The notes: generated by a model not told the origin, from the letters alone. Positions 19,274 to 28,843 are shown, numbered from the stretch's first letter. The stretch: DNA of 64,000 nt from a virus (IMGVR_UViG_3300028888_000044:96001-160000), one strand, 5' to 3'. A program made the numbers and translations.

Positions 19274-19783
19274 ATGGCGTTTGCAAGAGAAATAATTAAG
19301 AAAATTTTAGAAAATGTGCGATTTAGAGTACCAAATACAGAAGAAAAGGAATCATATTATACTCAAATTGGAAACACATTATTAAGAATTTCAAATCATT
19401 GCACAAGACTATATGTTTGGGATGATATTTTAGAAAAAAATCCAAAGTGGAAAGGATTGCCAATTGTTAGTATTGTTTTTGAAGATAAAGATGACACATT
19501 TAACGAAATAGATTGTTTAACCTTGAAGAGATATAGAAGAAGACCAATTAAAGTTAATGAATATGTCTATCGTTTACAAGGAAATGGACAATGGATAACT
19601 AAACAAGACGAACAATTAATTATACGTTCAATAAAAGGTATTTGTAATGGTCAATATGTAGATATTACTAACAAATGTGATGAACCACAACTTCGTGTTT
19701 CGATAAATCCACCTGATAAGGATGATGACAAGAATTTAGATGATAATAATCAAATAAACGAACATAAAACTATAACAAAATGA
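19274..19783 (+). CDS. Hypothetical protein (SYY...LRISNH motif)
   Basis: 169-aa ORF behind TATTTATA at 19249; N-terminus IIKKILE. Confidence 0.65.
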   Translation: MAFAREIIKKILENVRFRVPNTEEKESYYTQIGNTLLRISNHCTRLYVWDDILEKNPKWKGLPIVSIVFEDKDDTFNEIDCLTLKRYRRRPIKVNEYVYRLQGNGQWITKQDEQLIIRSIKGICNGQYVDITNKCDEPQLRVSINPPDKDDDKNLDDNNQINEHKTITK

Positions 19784-20268
19784 AGAAAGTAATTAGATTG
19801 ACAGAAAGTGATTTACATAGAATTGTAAAAAATTCAGTAAAAAGAATATTGAGAGAAGCCCAATTGAATGAACTTGACCCTAGAACTTATGCTTCATACG
19901 CTCAAAAGAGAAAGGCTCAAGGACAATATGATAAAGCATATGAAGGTAATGAGAAAGCGAGGGAAGAATGGAATAAACGATATGGGTCTGATACAAATTG
20001 GAGAGGTCAAGGTTTAAATTATGGTATGTATCCTGGTTTTGCAACATCTGCACATCAACAAGAAGATAATGATACAACAACCGCATCAATGAGGCAAAAC
20101 CGAGGCGGTACAAGGATAGAATCTTGGAATTTACCAAATAAAGCAGATTTGGAATATCGAGGTAAATTCAATGATAAAAATCAAGCAATGATAGACAAAG
20201 GAGAAAGAGTTGCAAACCAAATGTCTAATGGTAACGGAAGATATGTCAAAGGTAAAGGTTGGCAATAA
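19780..20268 (+). CDS. Hypothetical protein with RLTESD leader
   Basis: N-terminus MKKVIRLTESDLHRIVKNSVKRILRE; ATGA coupling with the upstream gene. Confidence 0.7.
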   Translation: MKKVIRLTESDLHRIVKNSVKRILREAQLNELDPRTYASYAQKRKAQGQYDKAYEGNEKAREEWNKRYGSDTNWRGQGLNYGMYPGFATSAHQQEDNDTTTASMRQNRGGTRIESWNLPNKADLEYRGKFNDKNQAMIDKGERVANQMSNGNGRYVKGKGWQ

Positions 20269-20291
20269 AAATAAAAATAAATAATAGCTTT

Positions 20292-20615
20292 ATGAAAAGA
20301 AGAATTAGGCTTACAGAATCAGATGTTAGAAACATTGTGAAAAGAAGCGTTAAGAGAATATTGAAGGAACAAAGTCCAGATTTTGGTAAAATTGGGCAAA
20401 CAATGGGTCAATTTCAATCTTGGGAAATGATTGATTGCCTTGCTGAAGTCATAACTAATTGTGATGCAAACAAAGCTCAAACTCTTGCGGAAGACTTGTA
20501 TAGGGCATTTGAAAGCAGTGACACGACATATGCAATTGATGATATAATCAGAAAGTACAATCCTAATTGCCCACAAAAACCACAAGTAGATTGGAGTTAT
20601 AATGATAACTTCTAA
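20292..20615 (+). CDS. Hypothetical protein with RLTESD leader
   Basis: ATG at 20292 gives MKRRIRLTESDVRNIVKRSVKRILKE, nearly identical to the leader of the previous gene. Confidence 0.7.
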   Translation: MKRRIRLTESDVRNIVKRSVKRILKEQSPDFGKIGQTMGQFQSWEMIDCLAEVITNCDANKAQTLAEDLYRAFESSDTTYAIDDIIRKYNPNCPQKPQVDWSYNDNF

Positions 20616-20662
20616 TTAATATTTATTAACTAAAAAAAATTGTTTGTATCAAAAAAATGTAT

Positions 20663-20671
20663 TATATTTGC
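20663..20671 (+). promoter_or_regulatory. Bacteroidota-type -7 promoter element (TATATTTGC)
   Basis: Matches TAnnTTTG; a TTTG lies at 20643-20646 and the ATG is at 20686. Confidence 0.55.
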
Positions 20672-20685
20672 ACAAAAAATATAAT

Positions 20686-21240
20686 ATGACTGTAATTTCT
20701 GCAAATTTAGGCGATATAGACAATAAGTACAATCATTACCTTTGGGAAGGTATTGACTGCAAGGTTATAGAGTTAACCCCTTCATCTACCGATTGGGAGC
20801 AGATGGTTGATGATGCCATTGCAAACGAGACAGATACGTTGATATTTGTTGGACACGGCTCACCACATGGATTGTATTTTCCGACATCTACGTTTGAAGA
20901 GTATATTTTACACGCAAACAATGTTGGGCTTATCAAGGCAAAGAAAGTCATCTGCATTTGGTGTTATGCATCATCGTTTTGTCAACAACACAATTTGAAC
21001 GCATTTGCTTCTTCAATGTTCATTTCCAACAGCAAAGAGGCAGAATCGTGCTTGGGTGTGTTTTCACCTCAAGAGGACGTGACATCAGTACAGAATCAGA
21101 TTTTTAGGGAGATAAACTATATGTTAAAGAATGGTGTTCCCTTGGATGATTATGTAATGAGGCTTGGCGCAAGAATGGATTGTGAGAATCCTATTGATAC
21201 CTTTAACAGACAAGGTTTCATATACATAAAAAATGAGTGA
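20686..21240 (+). CDS. Putative clan CD (caspase/gingipain-fold) cysteine peptidase-like protein
   Basis: Strand plus GHG (LIFVGHGS), followed about 35 aa later by strand plus Cys (VICIWCYA). Confidence 0.45.
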   Translation: MTVISANLGDIDNKYNHYLWEGIDCKVIELTPSSTDWEQMVDDAIANETDTLIFVGHGSPHGLYFPTSTFEEYILHANNVGLIKAKKVICIWCYASSFCQQHNLNAFASSMFISNSKEAESCLGVFSPQEDVTSVQNQIFREINYMLKNGVPLDDYVMRLGARMDCENPIDTFNRQGFIYIKNE

Positions 21241-21268
21241 ATCAAAAAAAAGGTTCACTCATTTTTTT
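21229..21268 (+). terminator. Rho-independent terminator
   Basis: aaaaatgagtgaatc / ggttcactcattttttt. Confidence 0.75.
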
Positions 21269-21315
21269 GTTATAATCAGTGTCTTACAGACTATTTATTA
21301 GAAATAAAATATAAT

Positions 21316-21993
21316 ATGAGGTTTATTATAACTGAACGACAGTATAGAAATAACATATTAAATGAAGCACAAGATGATACATTTAGTTATGAAGAAATGA
21401 AATCAATTTCTGAATTACACAGTCTTGTATGTTATTGTTATCAACACTTGGGTGATGATATTGGTATGGGAAGTTCTAGGTGCGTTTTCCAACTATCAGA
21501 CGAGTGGGTTATTAAGGTAGCATACAACAAGAAGGGACTTGCACAAAATGAAGAAGAATGGAAGGCTTTGTCATCAATGGACTCATTAGGAATTTTCGTC
21601 AAAATAGACGAGAAATTGAGTGATTTGGAAAATTTCAAATGGATTGTTTCTGAATTTGTTTTACCAGCTCAAAAGGAGGATTTTCAAGAATGCTGCGGAT
21701 TGTCTTGGTCAACTGTTCAATTGTTCCTTAGGAAATCACAAGAAAAACATCGTCTTCCAGATATGTCGTGGATATGGAAAAAATGCAATATGTCAGATAA
21801 AATGTACAACAATTTGATTAATACAAATGATTTGTGTAAAGGACTTGATGAATATAATGCGAAATATCATCATCATCATGCTGATTTGCGTAGAATAGAT
21901 GCATTTGGAATGACATTAAGAAATGGAAAACCAACTATGGTTTTATTGGATTATGGATTAACTAATGAAGTTTTTAATAGGTTGTATAAATGA
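21316..21993 (+). CDS. Protein kinase-like protein, paralog of 11132..11884
   Basis: GMGSSRCVF, VIK, QNEEE, DLRRIDAFG and LLDYG. It shares FSYE...YC...LG and GMxxRNGK with the first copy. Confidence 0.65.
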   Translation: MRFIITERQYRNNILNEAQDDTFSYEEMKSISELHSLVCYCYQHLGDDIGMGSSRCVFQLSDEWVIKVAYNKKGLAQNEEEWKALSSMDSLGIFVKIDEKLSDLENFKWIVSEFVLPAQKEDFQECCGLSWSTVQLFLRKSQEKHRLPDMSWIWKKCNMSDKMYNNLINTNDLCKGLDEYNAKYHHHHADLRRIDAFGMTLRNGKPTMVLLDYGLTNEVFNRLYK

Positions 21994-24077
21994 TGGTAAA
22001 TTTTGAACATATAATAAATGAATGCTTGAATGGGAATAAACGCATCAAGAAAAAGGTTTTGACTGAAGATTCAAGATGGAATAGGATTAGGAATATTATA
22101 CTTAACTATATTTCTACTCAAACTGGTATGCCAATAGATTCTGAACAAGTAAAAGAATTGACTCAACAAGTATGGGACAATTTCGTTGAGCATCCAGAGG
22201 CTGCTGTAAACCATCACAGGCAGAACAACGAGATTGGACCTATAAGGGACATTATTCCAAGGCTTTTGCCATATGCGCTTAAAAAGGATGCAGAAGGTAA
22301 TTTCTATATTGATAATGGCCATAGATTGAGGGATAGCTTTGAAAGGCTTCTGAAGGCAAAGGTGCGCAATACCAACTTTATAGGTGATGACGAGGATTTG
22401 TATTCTTGGAGAGACAACGAAAGATACAACGAGCTTCTGAACAATAGAAAGCAAGAGAATGGTGATAATGTAATACCAGATTTTCATTATAGTGTATATA
22501 AGGTTGAAGATTATGACACGCCAATTAAAGGCTTGGGGTGTACATTAAAAGAGATTGGTTCATTTACTGGTGGTAATGGTTCAAGCCCTTTATGTTATAC
22601 ACAAAGTAAAGGTACATATAACGATTATACCCATAATGGTAAATACCCTATGTATATACTGTTGAGAGATGGATGGCAGAATGAGCAAAGAAAACCAAGC
22701 GAAGGCTATCCGTATGACAGTTATGGTTTGTCAATGATATTCATTGTAGTATCAAGTGTTGGTAATATTGAAACAAGTAATGTAAGATGGAACCACGGTG
22801 ACAATTCTTATTACGATGTTGACAAAATGTTTAATTTTGGCTCGTTGGAGAAGGTTGTTGGAAGTCAATGTGTAAATGCTGTTGGATTGGAGGATTCTAC
22901 AAGTGATGTTGCAAAGATGAAAATTATACTTGATATTAGTAAAAAATTAAAAGAATGTAAAGATATTGATGAATTATTTGATATAGTTGCTATGTCAAAC
23001 GAAGGGATAGCTGAGGTTAAAATTTATGAGCTTGGTTGGAACTATTTGGTGATTAATGAAAGAAGATTGTTGTGTGATGAATGGTTTGAAAATGCCTTTC
23101 CGTTCCAAAATGGAATTGGACGTGTAGCAATAAAAGATACGAATTCTCATATTATTAAATTCAACTTCGTTAATAGGAGTGGAAACCTAATAAGTGAAAC
23201 AAATTTTTTTAACGCAAAAGATTTTAGCGAAGGATTTGCAACTGTTTGTATTGAACCGCAAGGAATGAACAGATGGACTGTAATTGACAAGAATGGTAGG
23301 GTGATTGTGAAAAATAAATTTCACTATATAAATAAATTCCAAAACGGTTTTGCTGTTGTTGAAATTTATGAAGGGTATACTTTTTATGGCCCAAAAACAA
23401 GTTGTAATTATATTGACAAAAATGGCAAATTATTATGTGATAGAAATTATCCTATAGCGTGGGATTTTTATCCAAGTGGATATGCACTAGTTAAATCAAA
23501 TAGCAATTCAAACTATAAAACATTGATTGATAGTGAAGGTAACGAGATGTTTACTAATGAAGTACATACAGTTTTAGATAAAGGTGAATTCATAATAGTA
23601 TATTTTGATAATGTGAGAAAGATTAGCCTTTTTCCAAATCACGTCTTTGGTTTGCCATGCAAGATTGTCCAAACGGCTGATTGTAATTTGCTAAACGTCC
23701 AAGGTGTTAGACTTGAGAACGGCAAATTAGGATATTTCAATTATGAGACTGGCAGACTTCTTGGGGAAAAGACTTTCAGCACAATATCAAGGTTTGATAG
23801 AGATACTAAGCTTGCAGTAGTTGGTTTACAATCTGGTAACCGTGTCTTGCGTACCTTAATTAATAGTGAGGGTGAATTTATAACTGATAAATTATATAAA
23901 TACGTTTTATTTGACAATGAATATAGTTCAAATGGAACGGTTATATTTGCACAGAGAAAGGACGGAAGCATTTGTGAAATAAGAAAGGATGGTGTTGAAC
24001 GAGAAATATCAGAACAAACAATGCGTTATATAAAGCAAGTATATGAAAATGTCTTTTTTAGGGACAAAATGTATTGA
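21990..24077 (+). CDS. WG-repeat (beta-propeller-like) protein with an unknown N-terminal domain
   Basis: Repeats FxxGxAxV...[WYF]xx[IV][DN]xxG in the C-terminal half. Confidence 0.7.
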   Translation: MMVNFEHIINECLNGNKRIKKKVLTEDSRWNRIRNIILNYISTQTGMPIDSEQVKELTQQVWDNFVEHPEAAVNHHRQNNEIGPIRDIIPRLLPYALKKDAEGNFYIDNGHRLRDSFERLLKAKVRNTNFIGDDEDLYSWRDNERYNELLNNRKQENGDNVIPDFHYSVYKVEDYDTPIKGLGCTLKEIGSFTGGNGSSPLCYTQSKGTYNDYTHNGKYPMYILLRDGWQNEQRKPSEGYPYDSYGLSMIFIVVSSVGNIETSNVRWNHGDNSYYDVDKMFNFGSLEKVVGSQCVNAVGLEDSTSDVAKMKIILDISKKLKECKDIDELFDIVAMSNEGIAEVKIYELGWNYLVINERRLLCDEWFENAFPFQNGIGRVAIKDTNSHIIKFNFVNRSGNLISETNFFNAKDFSEGFATVCIEPQGMNRWTVIDKNGRVIVKNKFHYINKFQNGFAVVEIYEGYTFYGPKTSCNYIDKNGKLLCDRNYPIAWDFYPSGYALVKSNSNSNYKTLIDSEGNEMFTNEVHTVLDKGEFIIVYFDNVRKISLFPNHVFGLPCKIVQTADCNLLNVQGVRLENGKLGYFNYETGRLLGEKTFSTISRFDRDTKLAVVGLQSGNRVLRTLINSEGEFITDKLYKYVLFDNEYSSNGTVIFAQRKDGSICEIRKDGVEREISEQTMRYIKQVYENVFFRDKMY

Positions 24078-24092
24078 TAAGTAATATAATAA

Positions 24093-24120
24093 ATCATATT
24101 CTTTATATAAAGAATATGAT
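24093..24120. promoter_or_regulatory. Perfect 28-bp palindrome abutting a start codon
   Basis: ATCATATTCTTTATATAAAGAATATGAT equals its own reverse complement; the ATG follows at 24121. Confidence 0.6.
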
Positions 24121-24459
24121 ATGAAAAAGGGAGGATATGTTTATCTGTTGTCAGAATCTGACAATGAAGGGATTTACAAGATTGGTGTCACAAGGGGTTC
24201 CATCGAGAACAGAATAAAGGCTTTGCAAACTGGTAACTCAAATGAAATTTCAATCAGAAAGTATTACAAGACTGAAATGCCTTTCTTGTTGGAGAAGAAG
24301 CTTCACGAGCACCATATTGGAAGCAAGATAAGCGGTGAATGGTACTTGTTGACTGATGATGAGGTACTTAATTTCGAGAATGAATGCTCTGATTTGGAAA
24401 AGATGATTAATTCACTGTCAGACAATCCGTTTGTGAAGGCAAAGATAGGTGGCATTTGA
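24121..24459 (+). CDS. T5orf172/MUG113-like GIY-YIG domain protein
   Basis: GYVYLL, YKIGVT, RIKALQTGN, LEKKLH and GEWY. Confidence 0.8.
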   Translation: MKKGGYVYLLSESDNEGIYKIGVTRGSIENRIKALQTGNSNEISIRKYYKTEMPFLLEKKLHEHHIGSKISGEWYLLTDDEVLNFENECSDLEKMINSLSDNPFVKAKIGGI

Positions 24460-24557
24460 AAAATAAACAAAATTTCAAATGTCACTATTTTTGTTAAAAT
24501 AGGTTTGAAAACAATAATTAAATATATTTATAATAAATTAAATATTAATAGAATATT

Positions 24558-27500
24558 ATGCCAAGAAGTTCAATATATAATCACGTTTCGCCTGGAGTAT
24601 ATTCTAGGGAAATCATAGATTTAACCGTTAACGAGGAAAAGGACGATGGTTTGACAAGTTTGGGCGTTGTAGGCGAAACTGAAAACGGAAAGGCTTTCAT
24701 ACCTACAAGAATATCAAAATGGGATGAATTTACCGAAAAGTTCGGAAATACAAATCCAGAGATATTCGAGGAAAGCAAATATCCAAGATATGAGCTTCCT
24801 TATATTGCCAAGACATATTCCCAACAGTCAAACAACATGAAGGTTACAAGGGTTCTAGGTATGAGCGGTTACAATGCTGGTCCAGCTTGGGTTATAACAG
24901 CACATAGGACACTCGAAACAAGTGGTGATAAAATGGAGGAAACAAAGTATGACAATATGGTAGTTGCCGTATTGCGTTCTCGTGCGTATTATACTGATTA
25001 TGAGAGATATGCAAGTGAATATTACGAAGACAGTGGGACTACATCCCAAATGTGTGATTGTGGGCATACTGCTGCATATGACAAGATTAGGTTTAATGTT
25101 GGTGAATTGAGCCTTAAACCAGAATGCTTGTATGTTACGCATTATAATCCAAGTGCTATTACTTTGAGTGCATATCATTCAACAAGCAATTTCGGTGATG
25201 AATGTGAGACGTATATTGGTGGAACCGATGAAGAGTCTTTTGAAGTTGATTACACAAATCACGGAAGGTTTTCAATAAATGGATTTACTGGTATTGGCGA
25301 TGGAAGCAGTGGCAGATTTTCATATTCGGTTACACTTAATCCAGCTGATTCCAACTATATCTTGAAGGTTCTTGGTACAGACCCAATGAATGGCAAAGCA
25401 CCAATTTATGTTGAGTCTCTATATGATAATGCCTTAAATGAGGGTATTGAGAACGGAACAATCAAAGAAATTAACTCTAAATTGGTATTTTATGATGTGT
25501 GCTATACAGCAGACCTTGTTAGTGTACCGCCAGTTGATGGTTTGGTAGAGAAAGGTGAAGGTGCACTTCGAAAATCGGATATAGGTAAAAGACTGTTGTA
25601 TTCCAAGAATGCTAATGATAATGATTTGTATTTTTACGACTTTATAGCTGATGGTGACAAGTATATCGTTATAAAGAAGCAAGGAACCAAAATGGAAGAT
25701 GGAAACATCTACAAGGTTCTTTCGTTTGTTGATAAAGGCAAGTTGAGAATTGTATATGGAAAGGTTCATAAAAAGAATGGTGATTTGGTATACAACAAGA
25801 CTACAGATGAATATACAGAAGGTTTTGACGAAGATTCTTACGACAATCTTGTAGAAGTGCCAAATGGTACTTGGTCTGAAGAAAGTGAAGAAGGACAGAC
25901 GCTTAAAGATGAAATTTACAAGGGTGAGGGTGGCTTGAATATTATAAGTGATATTGATAAAAACGGAAATATATTCAATAATACCGTTGCTGTAAAGAAC
26001 AAGAAGGATGGTAAATATTATGTATTGACACAAGACCATTATGAATTACAAAAAAGTACTGGTATGGTACTTGATAATATTATGTGGCCTGGTACATTAA
26101 GATACCCAACAACACTTTATGGAAAGGTTAAGTATCCAAATCTCGTCAGACGTTTTTATGGTAGTGATGGCAAAGTAAAGAAGACTGAATTTATCAATGT
26201 ACACGATGAACCAAGTGATTATTTGGTAAATGTTACTGTGTATGATACAAATGGTACTGTAAAACCAGGTCCATCAACAAGTAATAGTGGAAAAACATAT
26301 AATGGTATTATTGTACCTAATAGTTTTTTATCTCATCCAGATATTATTAACAGATTAAAAAATCCAAATAGTACGGTTATAAGTGCAAAAACAAACTCTA
26401 CGTATCCTATTTATTCAGCTAGTACGGTATTGGTTGGTAAGACAATGGATATATTGAATTATAAATGTAGTGGAAAAACATATAATGTAGATGTTTGTAC
26501 AGAAATAGCCCCAACACCAAATGTGCCTATTGCAGCAAGCGGTTCATCAGCTAACGGTTATACAGTTGGAAAATTAAGCCCAGATAAGATTGCTACTGCA
26601 ACACCTCTTGTTGGGTGGACAGTGGTTATAAATACAAAATCTATTTCACCAGAAGCAGATGTTAATTATGCAGATGAAAAAACAACTGGCACACCTAAAT
26701 TTGATTATTATTTCAATTTTGGTACAAATTCTGGTGGTTTGGTTAATTTACATGAAACTTATAGTACGGCAATCTATAAGGATATGTATTTTTATGATAA
26801 GGTGAATGGTACATATCCAGTCACTTGTGACTTGAACAACTACAAGGAGCCATATAGGAATGCTATGACACCTTGGTTGGTATCCAACGTTAAGGGTGAT
26901 AGTATGAATATGGCACTTAACAAGTTGTTCAGATTCCATACTGTTAAGGATGGCGTTGATACCACAAACTTGGTAAAGGTGTCGATTGCAGACATTTCAG
27001 TTGATGACTGTACGTTTACTGTATATGTGAGGGATATAAATGATACTGATAGCAATCCAAGGATATTGGAGAGTTATACGAAGTGCAATTTATCACCTAA
27101 TTCACCAGATTATATTGCATATAGAATAGGTACATCTGATGGTCTTTTTGCAAGCAAGTCAAACTATATAACAGTTGAAATGAAGGATGGTATTGATGTT
27201 AGCAATGCTGTTCCTTGCGGATTCATCGGTTATCCTACAGAACACTTCGAAGGTGTCCCATTTGTATATGGTTCTGTTTTCAATCCATATAGGAATTGGG
27301 ATGTAACTGAAGGTTTTGTAAATGGTTTGATAACTACACCAAACTTGAAGTACAACACTATTTATGACACATCTATAAGCAATAGGAAACAATATTTTGG
27401 CTTGTCAGATTTGGAGGGTATTGATTATGACTTGTTCAAGTATAAGGGATGTTCATCTTACGATGATAAACAAGAAACACTTACCAAGGGGTTCCACCTT

Positions 27501-28748
27501 GATTGCCGTTTGAATGAGACTTCATATTCTGGTGATGAGTTTGAAAGTATAACAATTACAGTTGATGGTGAAGTTGGATATTCATTTGACACTGTAGATA
27601 TTACCAATCAATCGAATATATATTACGATATGCCTATCATAGATACTGAAGAAAATATGATTAACAACATATATGTAAACAAGAATTTGAGGAAGTTTAC
27701 AGTATATTTCTATGGTGGTTTTGATGGTTGGGACGAGCATAGGGGCTATAGGTCAACATTGGACAGATTCAAGACTTGCAACTATAAGGGATATTATAAC
27801 AAGTTTGTCGGTGAAGGATTCTCGTTTGGCAAGATATGGAATAGCAAGGCGCTTGATTTGCCTTCTGACTCCATTACATCTGATTGGTATGCTTTCTTGC
27901 GTGGAGCACGCCAATATTCAAACCCAGAATCAATTAGCATAAATGTGTTTGCAACACCAGGTTTTGATTGTATCAACAGTACAACATTGAGTGATTCTGT
28001 AATTGATATGATTGAAGAGGAAAGAGGTGACAGCCTTTATGTAATGACATTACCAGATAAGCCTTTTGGTGCAAATGACGGTAAGAATGAGATGTATATT
28101 CCAAGTATGATAAGTGATTATTTATATGATACTGGTCTTGACAGTAATTATACTTGTGTATATTATCCGTGGGTTAAGTTTGATGATACAGAACATTCAC
28201 AATACATTTATTTACCACCAACAAAGGACGTGGTAAGGAATATAGCAATTTCAGACAACACATCGTCAGCTTGGCTATCACCAGCGGGTAAGAACAGAGG
28301 TGATGTTGAATGTATTGAGCCAAGATTGAAGACTACATTGGAAGACGAGGATATACTTTATGAAGGAAGAATCAATCCAATCAAGACTTTTGCATATGAA
28401 GGCTCATATATTTGGGGACAGAAGAACTTGCAGATTGAGGAAAATATACTGAATAGGATTTCAATCAGAAGGCTGCTCAACCATATAAAGAGAAATCTTG
28501 CTGTAGCTTGCAGAAGCATCATATTCGAGCTTAACGATGCCAATACCAAGAGCAGTCTGTCTGAAGCCATAATCGGTGTTATGGGTGATGTACAAGCTAA
28601 CAGAGGCATAACCGATTATCGATATGAGATTGACGAAAATGCAAATGGTGACGAGATTCCTTGCAAGATTTGGTTGAGACCAATTGCAACTCTTGAATAT
28701 ATACCAATTGACTTGATATTGACACAAAACGGAATCAATTTCAAATAA
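24558..28748 (+). CDS. Contractile tail sheath protein 2 (paralog with a large insertion)
   Basis: SPGVYSREI, YELPYIAK, LFRFHT, FYGGFDGWD, YYPWV, PAGKNRG, RINPI, WGQKNLQ, RRLL and LEYI; colinear with sheath 1. Confidence 0.92.
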   Translation: MPRSSIYNHVSPGVYSREIIDLTVNEEKDDGLTSLGVVGETENGKAFIPTRISKWDEFTEKFGNTNPEIFEESKYPRYELPYIAKTYSQQSNNMKVTRVLGMSGYNAGPAWVITAHRTLETSGDKMEETKYDNMVVAVLRSRAYYTDYERYASEYYEDSGTTSQMCDCGHTAAYDKIRFNVGELSLKPECLYVTHYNPSAITLSAYHSTSNFGDECETYIGGTDEESFEVDYTNHGRFSINGFTGIGDGSSGRFSYSVTLNPADSNYILKVLGTDPMNGKAPIYVESLYDNALNEGIENGTIKEINSKLVFYDVCYTADLVSVPPVDGLVEKGEGALRKSDIGKRLLYSKNANDNDLYFYDFIADGDKYIVIKKQGTKMEDGNIYKVLSFVDKGKLRIVYGKVHKKNGDLVYNKTTDEYTEGFDEDSYDNLVEVPNGTWSEESEEGQTLKDEIYKGEGGLNIISDIDKNGNIFNNTVAVKNKKDGKYYVLTQDHYELQKSTGMVLDNIMWPGTLRYPTTLYGKVKYPNLVRRFYGSDGKVKKTEFINVHDEPSDYLVNVTVYDTNGTVKPGPSTSNSGKTYNGIIVPNSFLSHPDIINRLKNPNSTVISAKTNSTYPIYSASTVLVGKTMDILNYKCSGKTYNVDVCTEIAPTPNVPIAASGSSANGYTVGKLSPDKIATATPLVGWTVVINTKSISPEADVNYADEKTTGTPKFDYYFNFGTNSGGLVNLHETYSTAIYKDMYFYDKVNGTYPVTCDLNNYKEPYRNAMTPWLVSNVKGDSMNMALNKLFRFHTVKDGVDTTNLVKVSIADISVDDCTFTVYVRDINDTDSNPRILESYTKCNLSPNSPDYIAYRIGTSDGLFASKSNYITVEMKDGIDVSNAVPCGFIGYPTEHFEGVPFVYGSVFNPYRNWDVTEGFVNGLITTPNLKYNTIYDTSISNRKQYFGLSDLEGIDYDLFKYKGCSSYDDKQETLTKGFHLDCRLNETSYSGDEFESITITVDGEVGYSFDTVDITNQSNIYYDMPIIDTEENMINNIYVNKNLRKFTVYFYGGFDGWDEHRGYRSTLDRFKTCNYKGYYNKFVGEGFSFGKIWNSKALDLPSDSITSDWYAFLRGARQYSNPESISINVFATPGFDCINSTTLSDSVIDMIEEERGDSLYVMTLPDKPFGANDGKNEMYIPSMISDYLYDTGLDSNYTCVYYPWVKFDDTEHSQYIYLPPTKDVVRNIAISDNTSSAWLSPAGKNRGDVECIEPRLKTTLEDEDILYEGRINPIKTFAYEGSYIWGQKNLQIEENILNRISIRRLLNHIKRNLAVACRSIIFELNDANTKSSLSEAIIGVMGDVQANRGITDYRYEIDENANGDEIPCKIWLRPIATLEYIPIDLILTQNGINFK

Positions 28749-28750
28749 TT

Positions 28751-28779
28751 AAAATCCATACGAAAAGTATGGATTTTTT
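28751..28779 (+). terminator. Rho-independent terminator
   Basis: aaaatccatac gaaaa gtatggatttttt. Confidence 0.85.
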
Positions 28780-28843
28780 TATTTTATATATTATTTTTTT
28801 TAAAAAACGGTAATTGCCATATTTATTTGTAAACTAATCTGAT

